NCBI GenBank assembly: GCA_019358915.1
Contig: JAHHIM010000004.1
Coordinates: forward strand, 32,001 to 96,000
DNA from: Trichormus sp. ATA11-4-KO1
GTDB lineage: Bacteria > Cyanobacteriota > Cyanobacteriia > Cyanobacteriales > Nostocaceae
Direction of reading: 5' to 3'
DNA length: 64,000 nucleotides
Shown here: positions 1 to 9,735 of the stretch, piece after piece
How positions within the stretch are numbered: the stretch's first letter is position 1
Layout: every line of letters starts with the position of its first letter
The notes under the pieces: model-generated
Told to the model about the DNA's origin: nothing
Seen by the model: the letters and a program-made list of their open reading frames with translations, nothing else
The model's database searches: none
Translations under genes and position numbers: made by a program

Positions 1-3000
1 CAACTACGTCCTTGATTAGCTGCTTGATTCAGGGACTCTTTGAGATATTTAGCGAGCAGAAAGACGTGGCGCAAAATAGCTTTTTCGCTTTCTAGAAAGC
101 AGACACCATGACTTGTCTCTTCGATGCTGGGAGGATTCAGGTGGATAAAGGCGGCGATCGCCCCATATTCAGTCGCGATCGCGGCTAACTGTTGTTGCAA
201 ATGCTCCTCGCTCAAATCTGCCAACACCACACGATTGATGTCTCCCGGTAAAGGTGACTGTTGACCAATCAAGCTTGGGGGAAAACTCAAAACCACGATT
301 TTCCAGCCGCACTTAATTAAAGTTTCCGCTAATTTCGTGGTGGTGAGGGTACCATCATCGGTCAGCAAGGCAATATGCTGTGCAGGTAAGGTGAAATCTA
401 AAATATCGGGTTCAGGAAGAAACTTGAGTCTGATAAGACTGCGGCGAATTAAGGATTGGGGGAGAGGAAAATCCTCCCCCTGCTCTTGTTTGGTTTCAGG
501 TGGCTGATTTTGTAGAGACGTTACTTGTGGTGTCTCTATGAATAGCATTTTTTTTTCTGCCACTTCCGTTTGCTGTTGAATGTACTCAACTATTTGTCCC
601 AGGGTACGCTGTTGAGCCAGTTCCTCAGGATTCGGCTGGGGTAAGTTGGGATAGATTTCTAATAATGCTCCCAAAATCTCCACACGTTTAATGGAATCAA
701 TCCCCAAATCAGCTTCAATATCCATCGACAGCTCTAACATTTCGCTGGGGTAGCCTGTTTTATCACTGACAACGGAGAGCAAAGTTTGACTGAGGTTGCT
801 CAAATCAATGGAGCGAACTGGAGAAGATGTAGACGCGATCGCGGCTGACTCTGGGGTGGGAGATGTTGAGCTTTCTTCTTCCTGGTCTTCTTCTAATACT
901 TCATTTATGATTGCGGGTACTGCTGAGTTTTCTGGAGCCAAAGTCTTGATATACTCAATTATTTGCTCAAGGGTGCGTAGCTGCCCCAGTTCTTCGGGAT
1001 TCGGCTGGGGTAAGTTGGGATAGATTTCTAATAATGCTCCCAAAATCTCCACACGTTTAATGGAATCAATCCCCAAATCAGCTTCAATATCCATCGACAG
1101 CTCTAACATTTCGCTGGGGTAGCCTGTTTTATCACTGACAACAGTGAGCAGGGTTTGACTGAGGTCGTTTAAATCAATGGCTACTGGTGGCGCAGATACT
1201 ATCGTTGCAGTTGCAGAATGATTCTCTTTTGGCGTCATCATCTCAACAACTGGTTTTATTTGATGATTGGCGTCATTACCGTTGCCGTTACCATTTCCGT
1301 TACTATGACCATTAGTGCCATTCAACTCAGATGTAGTAGCGATCGCATCGGTTGTGGCTGCAACAGGCTGATCTGCTGAAGTCAAACTCTCTTGCTCATT
1401 GAACAGTGGTATCAGACTGTTTTGAGCGACATTATCAGAGGTAGGCAGTTGATGCTGCTGGAGTAATTGGAAAAAGTGGTTAGTGTATTCCTGTTGATAG
1501 AGCAAATACTGCTCATGGATGCGGAGGCTGTCAGCTTGATGATCATGAAACCGCATGATGCTACGTTCTGAACTGGAAATTGCCAGTTGCCGGGTTGACG
1601 TTTGTTGCTCAGTGAATTTACCATTTCCCCACAACAAATGCTGTTGTTGCATGAGTTGGAAGAAGGTTTTGGTGTATTCTGTTTGATGCTTTAAAGATTG
1701 TTCATGAACCTGCAAAATATTGCGTTGATGGCGATTGAACTCGATCAGGGTGTACTCTAAGTTATCTATAGCTCTTTGGTAACTCAAAGATGCTTCTGAA
1801 TTGGTTGACATAGACTTGATATCCAGTCCGTCTAGTCCATCTGATTGACCGTTTTTCATACCATTGACTGCTACCCTCTTTGTAGGCAAGCTATCAGGTG
1901 GGAAAAGGTTTGGTGTGGCTAAGTCCTCATTGGCCACTGCGGCTGATTGATTACCGTTGCTAACGGGCAACTTTGCTTGATGCCCATTTTGTAGAGCTTT
2001 TGCAAACGATTGCTGCGTTTTTTCCGAGACATAGTTAGTGCTATTTAAGCGGACATTCAAGACCTGATTTTTCGGAACTGCGGGGATTTTGCTCTCTAGT
2101 TGGTAGGGATCTAGGTTGAGCAAAGGCAAGCCAGCAACACGTAATTGCACAACAGCTTCTCGCAAGGCGCGATCGCTATCCTTGTGCGGATTAGCATTGA
2201 GAGCGAGAGCTATATGCGGGTGATCGCTCAGAATATCTTTAACTAAATTGGTGAGTGTGTTACGCGGCCCAAATTCAATGAAGCAATAACCGCCATTAGC
2301 ATAAATGTTTTCAATCTCCTGCTGAAACAGCACCTGATTCCCTAGATGTTCTTGGAGGATTTTTTGAATAATTTTTGGTTCAGTTGGGTAAGGCTGCCCT
2401 GTAACGTTGGTGTAAACCGGAATTTGTGGCTGGTTGAAAGTAACTTTTTCGATGGCTTTGGCAAAGGGTTTCTGTGCATGAGCCACTAAAGATGTGTGAA
2501 AAGCTGCCGAAACTTTCAGCAATACGGTATGGAATCCTTGAGCTGTCAAAGCCCCTGCCACTTTGGCAATTTCTGCTTTTGCTCCTGCCAGCACTACCTG
2601 CTGAGGGGAATTTAAGTTAGCAATATTCACTAAAGGAAAATTTTGGATCAGTTCTTTAACCTGATTCACATCCCCTTTCACCGCCAGCATCGCTCCGGCA
2701 TCAAACTGGGGGTCTTTTGGTGCAGCCATAGCTTCACCCCTAGCTTTGACCAAGAAGCAATAATCTTTCTCACTCAAAACGCCCGCAGCCCACAGCGCAG
2801 TCAGCTCTCCAAAGCTATGTCCGGCAACAAAATCTGGTTTAAATCCAGCTTGTTGGAGGATTTTGTACAAACCAACGCTAAAAGCCCCAATCGCCGGCTG
2901 TGCATATTCTGTCATCTGCAAAGCTTCTATCTGGGCTGCTTTTTGTTCTGGATTGAACACGGGAGCCGGGAAAACGACCTCTGATAAGGTCTTTAAACCG

Positions 3001-5003
3001 TCTTGGAAAAGACTGTCCATCTCAGCATAAGCCTGCCGTAGACAAGGAAAGTTAATGGCCAATTCCCGACCCATTTCCAAGTATTGCGAGCCTTGTCCGG
3101 AAAATAAAGCAACTACTTTCCCTTCTGTGGTGATGCCAGTTTTGCGGTAGTAAATTCCTTGGGGATGTTCCCAAGATTCTTCTTGTGGCTGGTTTCTTAG
3201 CAGGTCAATAGTTTTTTGTAACAAGTCGCCAGCTTGCGTTAGAGAATCAACCACAAACCCCACTCTGGCATCTGTGACCGGCATTTCTAAAGATTTACTA
3301 GCCGCTATCAGTTCTGCATAATGCTGTTCTCTTGCATCGGATTGTAATTGCTGTTGGATTTCTTCACAGCGCGATAACAACTGCTCCGGTGTTGTTGCTG
3401 ATAAAACTACCGCCGGGGAACTATGATGTATGCGATAAGAACTGTCGTGTTCGCTGTTGTATTCTTCCAAAACCACGTGATAGTTGGTGCCACCAAAACC
3501 AAAAGCACTGACTCCCGCACGCCTTGGCTGGTCATCGGTGGTAATCCAAGGTCTGGTTTCCGTATTTAAATAAAACGGGGAATTATCAATGTTGAGTTTA
3601 GGGTTGGGTCGGGTGACATTAATCGTGGGTGGCAATACTTTGTGATGCAGAGCCAAAGCAGTTTTAATTAAACTTGCTGCACCCGCAGCCGCTTTGGTAT
3701 GTCCAATCTGTGATTTAACGCTTCCCAGGGCAATATGTTGTTTTTTAGGGTTATTTTCGCCAAAAACTTCTTTAATAGAGGCAAATTCGGTGGGGTCTCC
3801 CACCATAGTGCCAGTACCATGTGCTTCAACTAAACCGACACTGGTAGGCGACAATCCTGCATCTTCATAAGCACGGCGTAAGGCTCTGATTTGACCTTCT
3901 GGACGAGGGGCATAAATGCTCTTATAACGACCATCACTAGAAGTGCCAATACCTTTAATAACCGCATAAATACGGTCATGATCGCGCTGGGCATCCTCCA
4001 GGCGTTTTAGCACTAACATCCCTATACCTTCACCCAACATCATGCCATCAGAGTCGGCATCGAAAGGTTTAACATTTTCACCTGGGGAAACAGCAGGGGT
4101 TTTGCTGAAGCCCATATAGGCAAAAATGGAGTTGTCGGTATCAACCCCACCTGTGATCATCATGTCAGCATGACCTGCAATTAGCTCACTAATTGCTACT
4201 TTGAGCGCACCTAATGAACTAGCACAGGCAGCATCTATTACACAGTTTGTACCCCCTAAATCTAGGCGGTTAGCAATTCGTCCGGCAACTACATTAGCTA
4301 GTATTCCCGGAAAGGCGTTCTCATTCCATTGCACATATGCGCTTTTGATTTTCTCAACTATGTTTTGTGTATCTTCATCAGATAAGCCACTGCTTTTGAG
4401 AGCTTTTTCCCAGATGGGATACTGCAATCTAGCACTTAGCGGCATCGCCAATTGCCTACCTATGGCCACACCCAAAACTATGCCAGTGCGTTGGCGAAGC
4501 TGATCATAGATATCGCTATTAAACTTTTGAGATTCGCCATAACCGGCATCTTCTATCGCAGCTTTAGCAACGACTAAACTTAGTAATTGAGATATATCTG
4601 TGACTTCTAATATATTGGGAGGTAGCCCAAATTCCATCGGATTAAAATCGATGTCTGGGATAAATCCACCCCGTTTACAGTAAGTTTTATCAGGCGTTTT
4701 GGGGTCAGGATCGTAATAATCATCTACGTTCCAACGGGAAGGCGGAACATCAGTAATACAATCAACTTTATGAATAATATTTTCCCAATATTCTTGTAAG
4801 TTTTTGGATTGGGGAAATAGAGAAGCCATGCCGATAATAGCAATGTTTATCTTTTGCAGTTGTGTATTTATTTCGTTAGTAGTTAACGGTACCGTTCTCA
4901 CCATAATTTTTTTACCCTGTATAAGCTTAAGCAGAGATTTTTCACAATTGCTTATTTCATCTTGCAACTGTTCTAATTCAGCTTCAATTCTAGAAGCAGC
5001 CAT
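1..5003 (-). CDS. hglE: PfaA/HglE-type iterative type I PKS (KS-AT-ACP-ACP plus start of KR-associated region); 3' end beyond the window
   Basis: Hand translation from ATG 5003 stays in one frame to the window edge. KS motifs DAACASS, EAHGTGT, GHTKAAAG; AT motifs GQGSQ, GHSFG, AFHT; two ACPs with DLGIDSIKRVEI. Absent from the ORF track because no stop lies in the window. Alternative ATG at 4904. Confidence 0.9.
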   Translation of the reverse strand, partial: MAASRIEAELEQLQDEISNCEKSLLKLIQGKKIMVRTVPLTTNEINTQLQKINIAIIGMASLFPQSKNLQEYWENIIHKVDCITDVPPSRWNVDDYYDPDPKTPDKTYCKRGGFIPDIDFNPMEFGLPPNILEVTDISQLLSLVVAKAAIEDAGYGESQKFNSDIYDQLRQRTGIVLGVAIGRQLAMPLSARLQYPIWEKALKSSGLSDEDTQNIVEKIKSAYVQWNENAFPGILANVVAGRIANRLDLGGTNCVIDAACASSLGALKVAISELIAGHADMMITGGVDTDNSIFAYMGFSKTPAVSPGENVKPFDADSDGMMLGEGIGMLVLKRLEDAQRDHDRIYAVIKGIGTSSDGRYKSIYAPRPEGQIRALRRAYEDAGLSPTSVGLVEAHGTGTMVGDPTEFASIKEVFGENNPKKQHIALGSVKSQIGHTKAAAGAASLIKTALALHHKVLPPTINVTRPNPKLNIDNSPFYLNTETRPWITTDDQPRRAGVSAFGFGGTNYHVVLEEYNSEHDSSYRIHHSSPAVVLSATTPEQLLSRCEEIQQQLQSDAREQHYAELIAASKSLEMPVTDARVGFVVDSLTQAGDLLQKTIDLLRNQPQEESWEHPQGIYYRKTGITTEGKVVALFSGQGSQYLEMGRELAINFPCLRQAYAEMDSLFQDGLKTLSEVVFPAPVFNPEQKAAQIEALQMTEYAQPAIGAFSVGLYKILQQAGFKPDFVAGHSFGELTALWAAGVLSEKDYCFLVKARGEAMAAPKDPQFDAGAMLAVKGDVNQVKELIQNFPLVNIANLNSPQQVVLAGAKAEIAKVAGALTAQGFHTVLLKVSAAFHTSLVAHAQKPFAKAIEKVTFNQPQIPVYTNVTGQPYPTEPKIIQKILQEHLGNQVLFQQEIENIYANGGYCFIEFGPRNTLTNLVKDILSDHPHIALALNANPHKDSDRALREAVVQLRVAGLPLLNLDPYQLESKIPAVPKNQVLNVRLNSTNYVSEKTQQSFAKALQNGHQAKLPVSNGNQSAAVANEDLATPNLFPPDSLPTKRVAVNGMKNGQSDGLDGLDIKSMSTNSEASLSYQRAIDNLEYTLIEFNRHQRNILQVHEQSLKHQTEYTKTFFQLMQQQHLLWGNGKFTEQQTSTRQLAISSSERSIMRFHDHQADSLRIHEQYLLYQQEYTNHFFQLLQQHQLPTSDNVAQNSLIPLFNEQESLTSADQPVAATTDAIATTSELNGTNGHSNGNGNGNGNDANHQIKPVVEMMTPKENHSATATIVSAPPVAIDLNDLSQTLLTVVSDKTGYPSEMLELSMDIEADLGIDSIKRVEILGALLEIYPNLPQPNPEELGQLRTLEQIIEYIKTLAPENSAVPAIINEVLEEDQEEESSTSPTPESAAIASTSSPVRSIDLSNLSQTLLSVVSDKTGYPSEMLELSMDIEADLGIDSIKRVEILGALLEIYPNLPQPNPEELAQQRTLGQIVEYIQQQTEVAEKKMLFIETPQVTSLQNQPPETKQEQGEDFPLPQSLIRRSLIRLKFLPEPDILDFTLPAQHIALLTDDGTLTTTKLAETLIKCGWKIVVLSFPPSLIGQQSPLPGDINRVVLADLSEEHLQQQLAAIATEYGAIAAFIHLNPPSIEETSHGVCFLESEKAILRHVFLLAKYLKESLNQAANQGRS
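628..1142. repeat. 146-bp identical direct repeat (628-773 and 997-1142) forming the cores of the two ACP domains
   Basis: Direct base comparison; offset 369 bp. Confidence 0.9.
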
Positions 5004-5256
5004 GACTTCATCTTCACTATTGTGCTTGCGAAATGTAGGTATGTAGATAAATTTGTTGACACTATCGATCAAAAAAATCGAAATTAGCTGTTAGGGAAAA
5101 CATTTATTTTGGCAAATAGATTGTGGATACATTTAAAGTTGCAATGTAAGTTATTTGGCAACCTTATCTTTAATAGTTTGATGTGGAAACCTGTTCCTAA
5201 TGCATATCATCCTATTAATTTGCCAATTGCAGTTATATTAGACTGGTTGATTCTCG

Positions 5257-5275
5257 ATTGCAACTCATATGCAAC
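5257..5275 (-). promoter_or_regulatory. Putative operator GTTGCATATGAGTTGCAAT upstream of the PKS
   Basis: 18/19 identical to 6380-6398 on the opposite strand. Confidence 0.55.
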
Positions 5276-5371
5276 TTATGATCAACTCGATATGAATCAC
5301 TAGAGAAAATGCTGATGGTGTAGGAGTAGTTGAGCATATCATTTGTTGTGGAGTACTTTGATACAAAGTTA

Positions 5372-5647
5372 TCAAGAATTAGTCTCGGAATCATCATCTT
5401 TTTTTCTCGTTTTTGCCTGTTGCTGAGTAGCAGCTAATAGCTTCTGCTCTAGCTCACTAGTACTCATACCAAGTTCAGAAGCTGTTTTATTTTTCCACTC
5501 TTCTAGCTCCATATCATGTTGATTTAGCCATTCATGCACTGCCAGGCGTGCCATCTCTGCTTTGCGAAGAGTCTGGCGAGATGCATGAAAAATTAGCCTC
5601 TTATTATCAAAACTTGGTAATGAGAGCATGAATCGCTGTAATCTCAT
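5372..5647 (-). CDS. Small putative ribbon-helix-helix DNA-binding protein
   Basis: RFMLSL strand followed by two helices (SFDNKRLIFHASRQ, KAEMARLAVHEWL); alternative start 5698. Confidence 0.6.
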   Translation of the reverse strand: MRLQRFMLSLPSFDNKRLIFHASRQTLRKAEMARLAVHEWLNQHDMELEEWKNKTASELGMSTSELEQKLLAATQQQAKTRKKDDDSETNS

Positions 5648-5752
5648 TTTCTCTATGCTCTTTAGAGGGCAATAACTATCAGTTCTGCATTTATTCAAAA
5701 TCTGATTTATTAGTATCCCATACTGTAAAGTTTAATTTAATAAAATTGCACA

Positions 5753-5774
5753 AAAATTGCATATATGCAATTTT
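5753..5774. promoter_or_regulatory. Perfect 22-bp palindrome AAAATTGCATATATGCAATTTT, candidate operator
   Basis: Self-complementary; lies upstream of the RHH-like gene. Confidence 0.55.
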
Positions 5775-6217
5775 CGATGTTTTTATTACAGCTAAAGATT
5801 GCATATTAGTAATAGAGTTTTCAGTGTTTATTCTACTTGTTGTTGTTATATCTTTTTACGTATAAATACTTTGAACTTTGATATATTGAATTATCTAATT
5901 GGCTTTAACATCTGTCCAAGGATTGATTCTATTTGAGGGAATATTTTAAAAGTTAACAATTACTGTAAACAAATCAATAATACTTAAAGCTAAAGTTGTA
6001 GAAATCAGCACTTCGTGAGTGAATTAATATAGCATATGTTAGTAATTTGAGATGTTAACAGCGAGAATTAATAGCATACTTGTTCTTCATTAAAACAAGT
6101 ATTTAGCCTGGTATCGTGACTTTTAAAACATTTATCTAAAATTATTTGTACATCCATCTATCTATTAGTTGATTTATTCAAAAAAATATTGTAATAAATG
6201 AATTATTTATATGAAAT

Positions 6218-6231
6218 GTAAACTTAGTTAC
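6218..6231. promoter_or_regulatory. NtcA-like box GTA-N8-TAC
   Basis: GTAaacttagtTAC; a TACAAT lies 24 nt away on the minus strand. AT-rich context makes a chance match possible. Confidence 0.3.
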
Positions 6232-6379
6232 TAATAGCTCTGTCTAAAGAGAGAAAAAATAGAGGTAATTAATCATGTATCAAAATGTTCATCAACTAAA
6301 ATATTTAAAAGCAGTCACTTATGAGATTTATTGCCAAAATTAACATGTGCCATATTGCCAATTATTTATTCTTAAATAT

Positions 6380-6398
6380 GTTGCATATGGGTTGCAAT
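6380..6398 (+). promoter_or_regulatory. Putative operator GTTGCATATGGGTTGCAAT upstream of the HTH-devBCA unit
   Basis: Matches the reverse complement of 5257-5275. Confidence 0.55.
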
Positions 6399-6631
6399 TG
6401 AGTATCAACATGTTTATTGTATGTGATGGAAAATGTAATTAACTACTGTTTGTTTACCAACTGGGAGAGATGTAGAGAAACATAAAAATATAAATTGACT
6501 CAATTATCTCATATCTCTCTTCATGGGAAATTCCACAGTATGACAGTGCAATTTAAATTATGATGCATCCGTGTTGCTTGAAGCATTCTACATAAATTTA
6601 GACTGACACGAAACTATAAGGGTTTGCTGGC

Positions 6632-6955
6632 ATGAGACTATCTGCGTTAGATCCACTCATACCGCTAAATGAGTTAAGAGAAGAACTTCTGAAGCTGCCG
6701 AAAGGCTACTCATTTTATGAACAAGAGATCATAGATTTCTTATCCCGACGAAGATGGGGTGAGAGCAATCGCCGCATTGATCGAACAACTTTCTGGCGGT
6801 GGAGGAATGATAACGGAATTGAGCATAAAAAAGTATTCAGCCGATTGGATCTTTTGAAACTTTGCCAAATTTGCGACCATTACAGAATAGATGGAACTCG
6901 TAGTGAATACTTAGCGATGATGAAAAATAAGAAAAAGGTAGCACTGAACAAGTAA
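6632..6955 (+). CDS. Small basic protein with a MerR/excisionase-like HTH, putative regulator
   Basis: IDRTTFWRWRND recognition-helix-like motif followed by VFSRLDL. Confidence 0.6.
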   Translation: MRLSALDPLIPLNELREELLKLPKGYSFYEQEIIDFLSRRRWGESNRRIDRTTFWRWRNDNGIEHKKVFSRLDLLKLCQICDHYRIDGTRSEYLAMMKNKKKVALNK

Positions 6956-7081
6956 GAATACATGTTGCAAAATAGTTCTACTGAAAGCCAATACTGCTAA
7001 TGAGTTGATGGATACTTATTGATAGTTTCATCCTCAACATCCACCAGTGGTGCAGATGCCAAGGCAGTCTGTAGAGTTTTT

Positions 7082-7108
7082 TACGGCAACCTCACAAGGG
7101 TTGCCGTA
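7082..7108. other. Hairpin (10-bp stem) between the HTH gene and the devB-like gene
   Basis: TACGGCAACC...GGTTGCCGTA. Confidence 0.5.
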
Positions 7109-7147
7109 GATACTCACACAGTACAGTAGACATCACAAACTTCGGGA

Positions 7148-8377
7148 ATGACCAAAAAAGTGTTGAGTAATAAAAAGAGTATGGTACCCAAACAAAGGCA
7201 GTCATTCACAAAACCTGTAAATCCAGGGTCAATAATTTTGGCAATTAGTATAGCTGTAGCCACTGGTACAGTTTCTTTTTACAGCTTTTTACGATTTCGT
7301 TCAACTTCTAATTTGGAGCCTCCAACTGCTACACCAAGCAGTTCTCCTGCGATTAATGCTGTTGCGGCTTTAGGACGTTTAGAGCCTCAAGGCGAAGTTA
7401 TTCGTTTGTCTGCGGCCAATTCCCAAACGGGCGTTCGGGTGGCAAAACTTTTGGTTAACAAAGGCGACTGGGTATCTCAAGGACAAGTGGTGGCAATTCT
7501 TGACAATTACTATACTCGGCTTGCAGCCTTAGAAAAAGCTCAAAAACAAGTTTTAGTGGCTCAAGCTAATCTCAATCAGGTAAAAGCGGGAGCAAAAGCC
7601 GGAGATATTTCGGCACAACAAGCGACAATTGCTCGTTTAGAAGCTGAGTTACGGGGAGAAATTTCCGCACAACAAGCGACAATTGCTCGTTTAGAAGCTG
7701 AGTTGCAAAATGCTAACAGCGAAAATCGTCGATATCAACAGTTGTACAGAGAAGGTGCTATTTCAGCTTCTGAGTCAGAAGCTAGGCTTTTGCGAGTTGA
7801 TACTGTGCGACAGCAGCTCAATGAAGCCAAAGCTGCTCTTAATCGTACAGTAGAAACTCTGCAAAAGCAGTTAAACGAGGCTGAAGCTAGACTCAATAGT
7901 ATTGCTGAGGTTCGGCCTACCGATATACAAGCAGCACAAACTGACATTGAAAGTGCGATCGCCTCAGTCAAACAAGCTCAGGCTGACTGGGATTTGAGTT
8001 CTGTGCGATCGCCTATAGATGGTCAAGTACTCAAAATTAATACTCGTCCAGGAGAACTTATTGGCAATACAGGAATAGCTGACTTAGGACGCACACAACA
8101 AATGTACGTAGTTGCAGAAGTTTATGAAACTGATATTCAAAATGTGCGTCTGGGTCAGTCAGCGATTATTACTAGCAATGCTTTTTCTGGAGAATTACGC
8201 GGAAAAGTTACAGATATTGGTTTGCAGGTTAATAGACAAAATATCTTTGATAATAATCCACAAGCCAATACAGATAACAAAGTAGTTGATGTCAAAATCC
8301 GTATCGATCAACCAGCAGATAACCCACAAATTACCACTCTGACTGATTTACAGGTGCAGGTACTCATTAATATATAA
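7148..8377 (+). CDS. DevB-family membrane fusion protein of an ABC exporter
   Basis: N-terminal TM segment, AVAALGRLEPQGEV, long coiled coil, AEVYETDI. Confidence 0.9.
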   Translation: MTKKVLSNKKSMVPKQRQSFTKPVNPGSIILAISIAVATGTVSFYSFLRFRSTSNLEPPTATPSSSPAINAVAALGRLEPQGEVIRLSAANSQTGVRVAKLLVNKGDWVSQGQVVAILDNYYTRLAALEKAQKQVLVAQANLNQVKAGAKAGDISAQQATIARLEAELRGEISAQQATIARLEAELQNANSENRRYQQLYREGAISASESEARLLRVDTVRQQLNEAKAALNRTVETLQKQLNEAEARLNSIAEVRPTDIQAAQTDIESAIASVKQAQADWDLSSVRSPIDGQVLKINTRPGELIGNTGIADLGRTQQMYVVAEVYETDIQNVRLGQSAIITSNAFSGELRGKVTDIGLQVNRQNIFDNNPQANTDNKVVDVKIRIDQPADNPQITTLTDLQVQVLINI

Positions 8378-8531
8378 ACTCTCAAAGAGCTAGTTGAAAT
8401 TTAAACGCAAAGATACGCAAAGAATTCGGTACGAATTAATGAAATGTGTACTTAGCATTTTTTCAAGTTTATTTACGCCACTTCTTAGCTGTTACTTATC
8501 ACCTGTCACCTATTCCCTATGAGGTTACTAA

Positions 8532-9704
8532 ATGATTCTCAATATACCTCTAGCTTGGTTACAATTAGTCCGACAACGAGCTCGTTTTCTTGTTGCTTTA
8601 GCTGGAATCGCTTTTGTTTCTGTTTTAATGTTTATGCAAATTGGTTTTCAGGATGCACTCTATGCAAGTGCTACACAATTGCATAATAACTTGCAAGGAG
8701 ACTTATTTCTAATAAGTATCCAATATCAATCTTTAACATCCAATCAAAGCTTTCCTCGTCAGCGTTTGTTCCAGACTTTAGGTTTTAATGAAGTTGAATC
8801 CGTTAGACCTTTGTATGTACAATTTGCTAAACTAAAGAACCAAGATACTGGCATCAAATACCCAATATATGTACTCGGATTTGATCCAGTAGAATCAATT
8901 TTTCAATTGCCAAATATTCAGGAAAATCTTCATTTACTACAACTCCCTAACAAGGTGTTATTTGATAGTGCTTCTCGAAAAGAGTTTGGGCCAATTGCTC
9001 AAAGTTTTTCCCAGGGAAATAATGTAGGATTAGAGATATTTAGCTATACTGCTTTAGTTGGTTATAAGGTGGAAATTGGCGGCTTATTTAGTTTAGGTCC
9101 TTCTTTTGGAGTTGATGGAAATTTAATTGTTAGTACCTCAACTTTTCTGCGAATATTTCAAGATCGCTCTGTTCAAAATATAGATATAGGTTTAATTAAG
9201 CTTAAACCTGGTACTAACCCTCAGAAAGTTTTGCGGGATTTGTTAGCCAAGTTACCTAAAGATGTAACAGTAATGACTCAGCAGGACTTTATTACTCTAG
9301 AAAAAAATTATTGGACTTTAAGAACACCTATTGGGTTTGTATTTGACCTCATGGTGATTATGGGTTTTGTTGTTGGCGTTATCGTTGTTTATCAGATTTT
9401 ATACAGCAATATTTCTACTCATTTAGCTGAATATGCAACGCTAAAAGCAATGGGATTTAAAAACAAATATTTATTAAGTGTAGTTTTTCAACAAGCTTTA
9501 ATTCTAGCATCTCTGGGTTATATTCCAGGTTTTGCTATATCTATAGGTCTATATGATGTGGCCAAAAATGCTACTGGATTACCTATCTTCATGAATCTAC
9601 AAAGGTCAATCATAGTGTTAATTTTTGCTGTTTCCATGTGCTTGATTTCTGGTTTCTTATCTACAAATAAATTACGAAAAGTAGATCCAGCAGATATTTT
9701 TTAA
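8532..9704 (+). CDS. DevC-family ABC permease
   Basis: IPLAWLQL start, LMFMQIGFQDAL, EYATLKAMG, DPADIF end. Confidence 0.92.
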   Translation: MILNIPLAWLQLVRQRARFLVALAGIAFVSVLMFMQIGFQDALYASATQLHNNLQGDLFLISIQYQSLTSNQSFPRQRLFQTLGFNEVESVRPLYVQFAKLKNQDTGIKYPIYVLGFDPVESIFQLPNIQENLHLLQLPNKVLFDSASRKEFGPIAQSFSQGNNVGLEIFSYTALVGYKVEIGGLFSLGPSFGVDGNLIVSTSTFLRIFQDRSVQNIDIGLIKLKPGTNPQKVLRDLLAKLPKDVTVMTQQDFITLEKNYWTLRTPIGFVFDLMVIMGFVVGVIVVYQILYSNISTHLAEYATLKAMGFKNKYLLSVVFQQALILASLGYIPGFAISIGLYDVAKNATGLPIFMNLQRSIIVLIFAVSMCLISGFLSTNKLRKVDPADIF

Positions 9705-9735
9705 TCGTTAACAAGGAACATTGGTTTATTTCAAT

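Noticed and set aside
796..5046. Short ORF-track entries over the PKS
   Set aside because: Antisense or off-frame shadows of the long minus-strand PKS frame.
7601..7704. 54-bp internal duplication in the DevB-like gene
   Set aside because: Coiled-coil repeats of this type are ordinary in the family.
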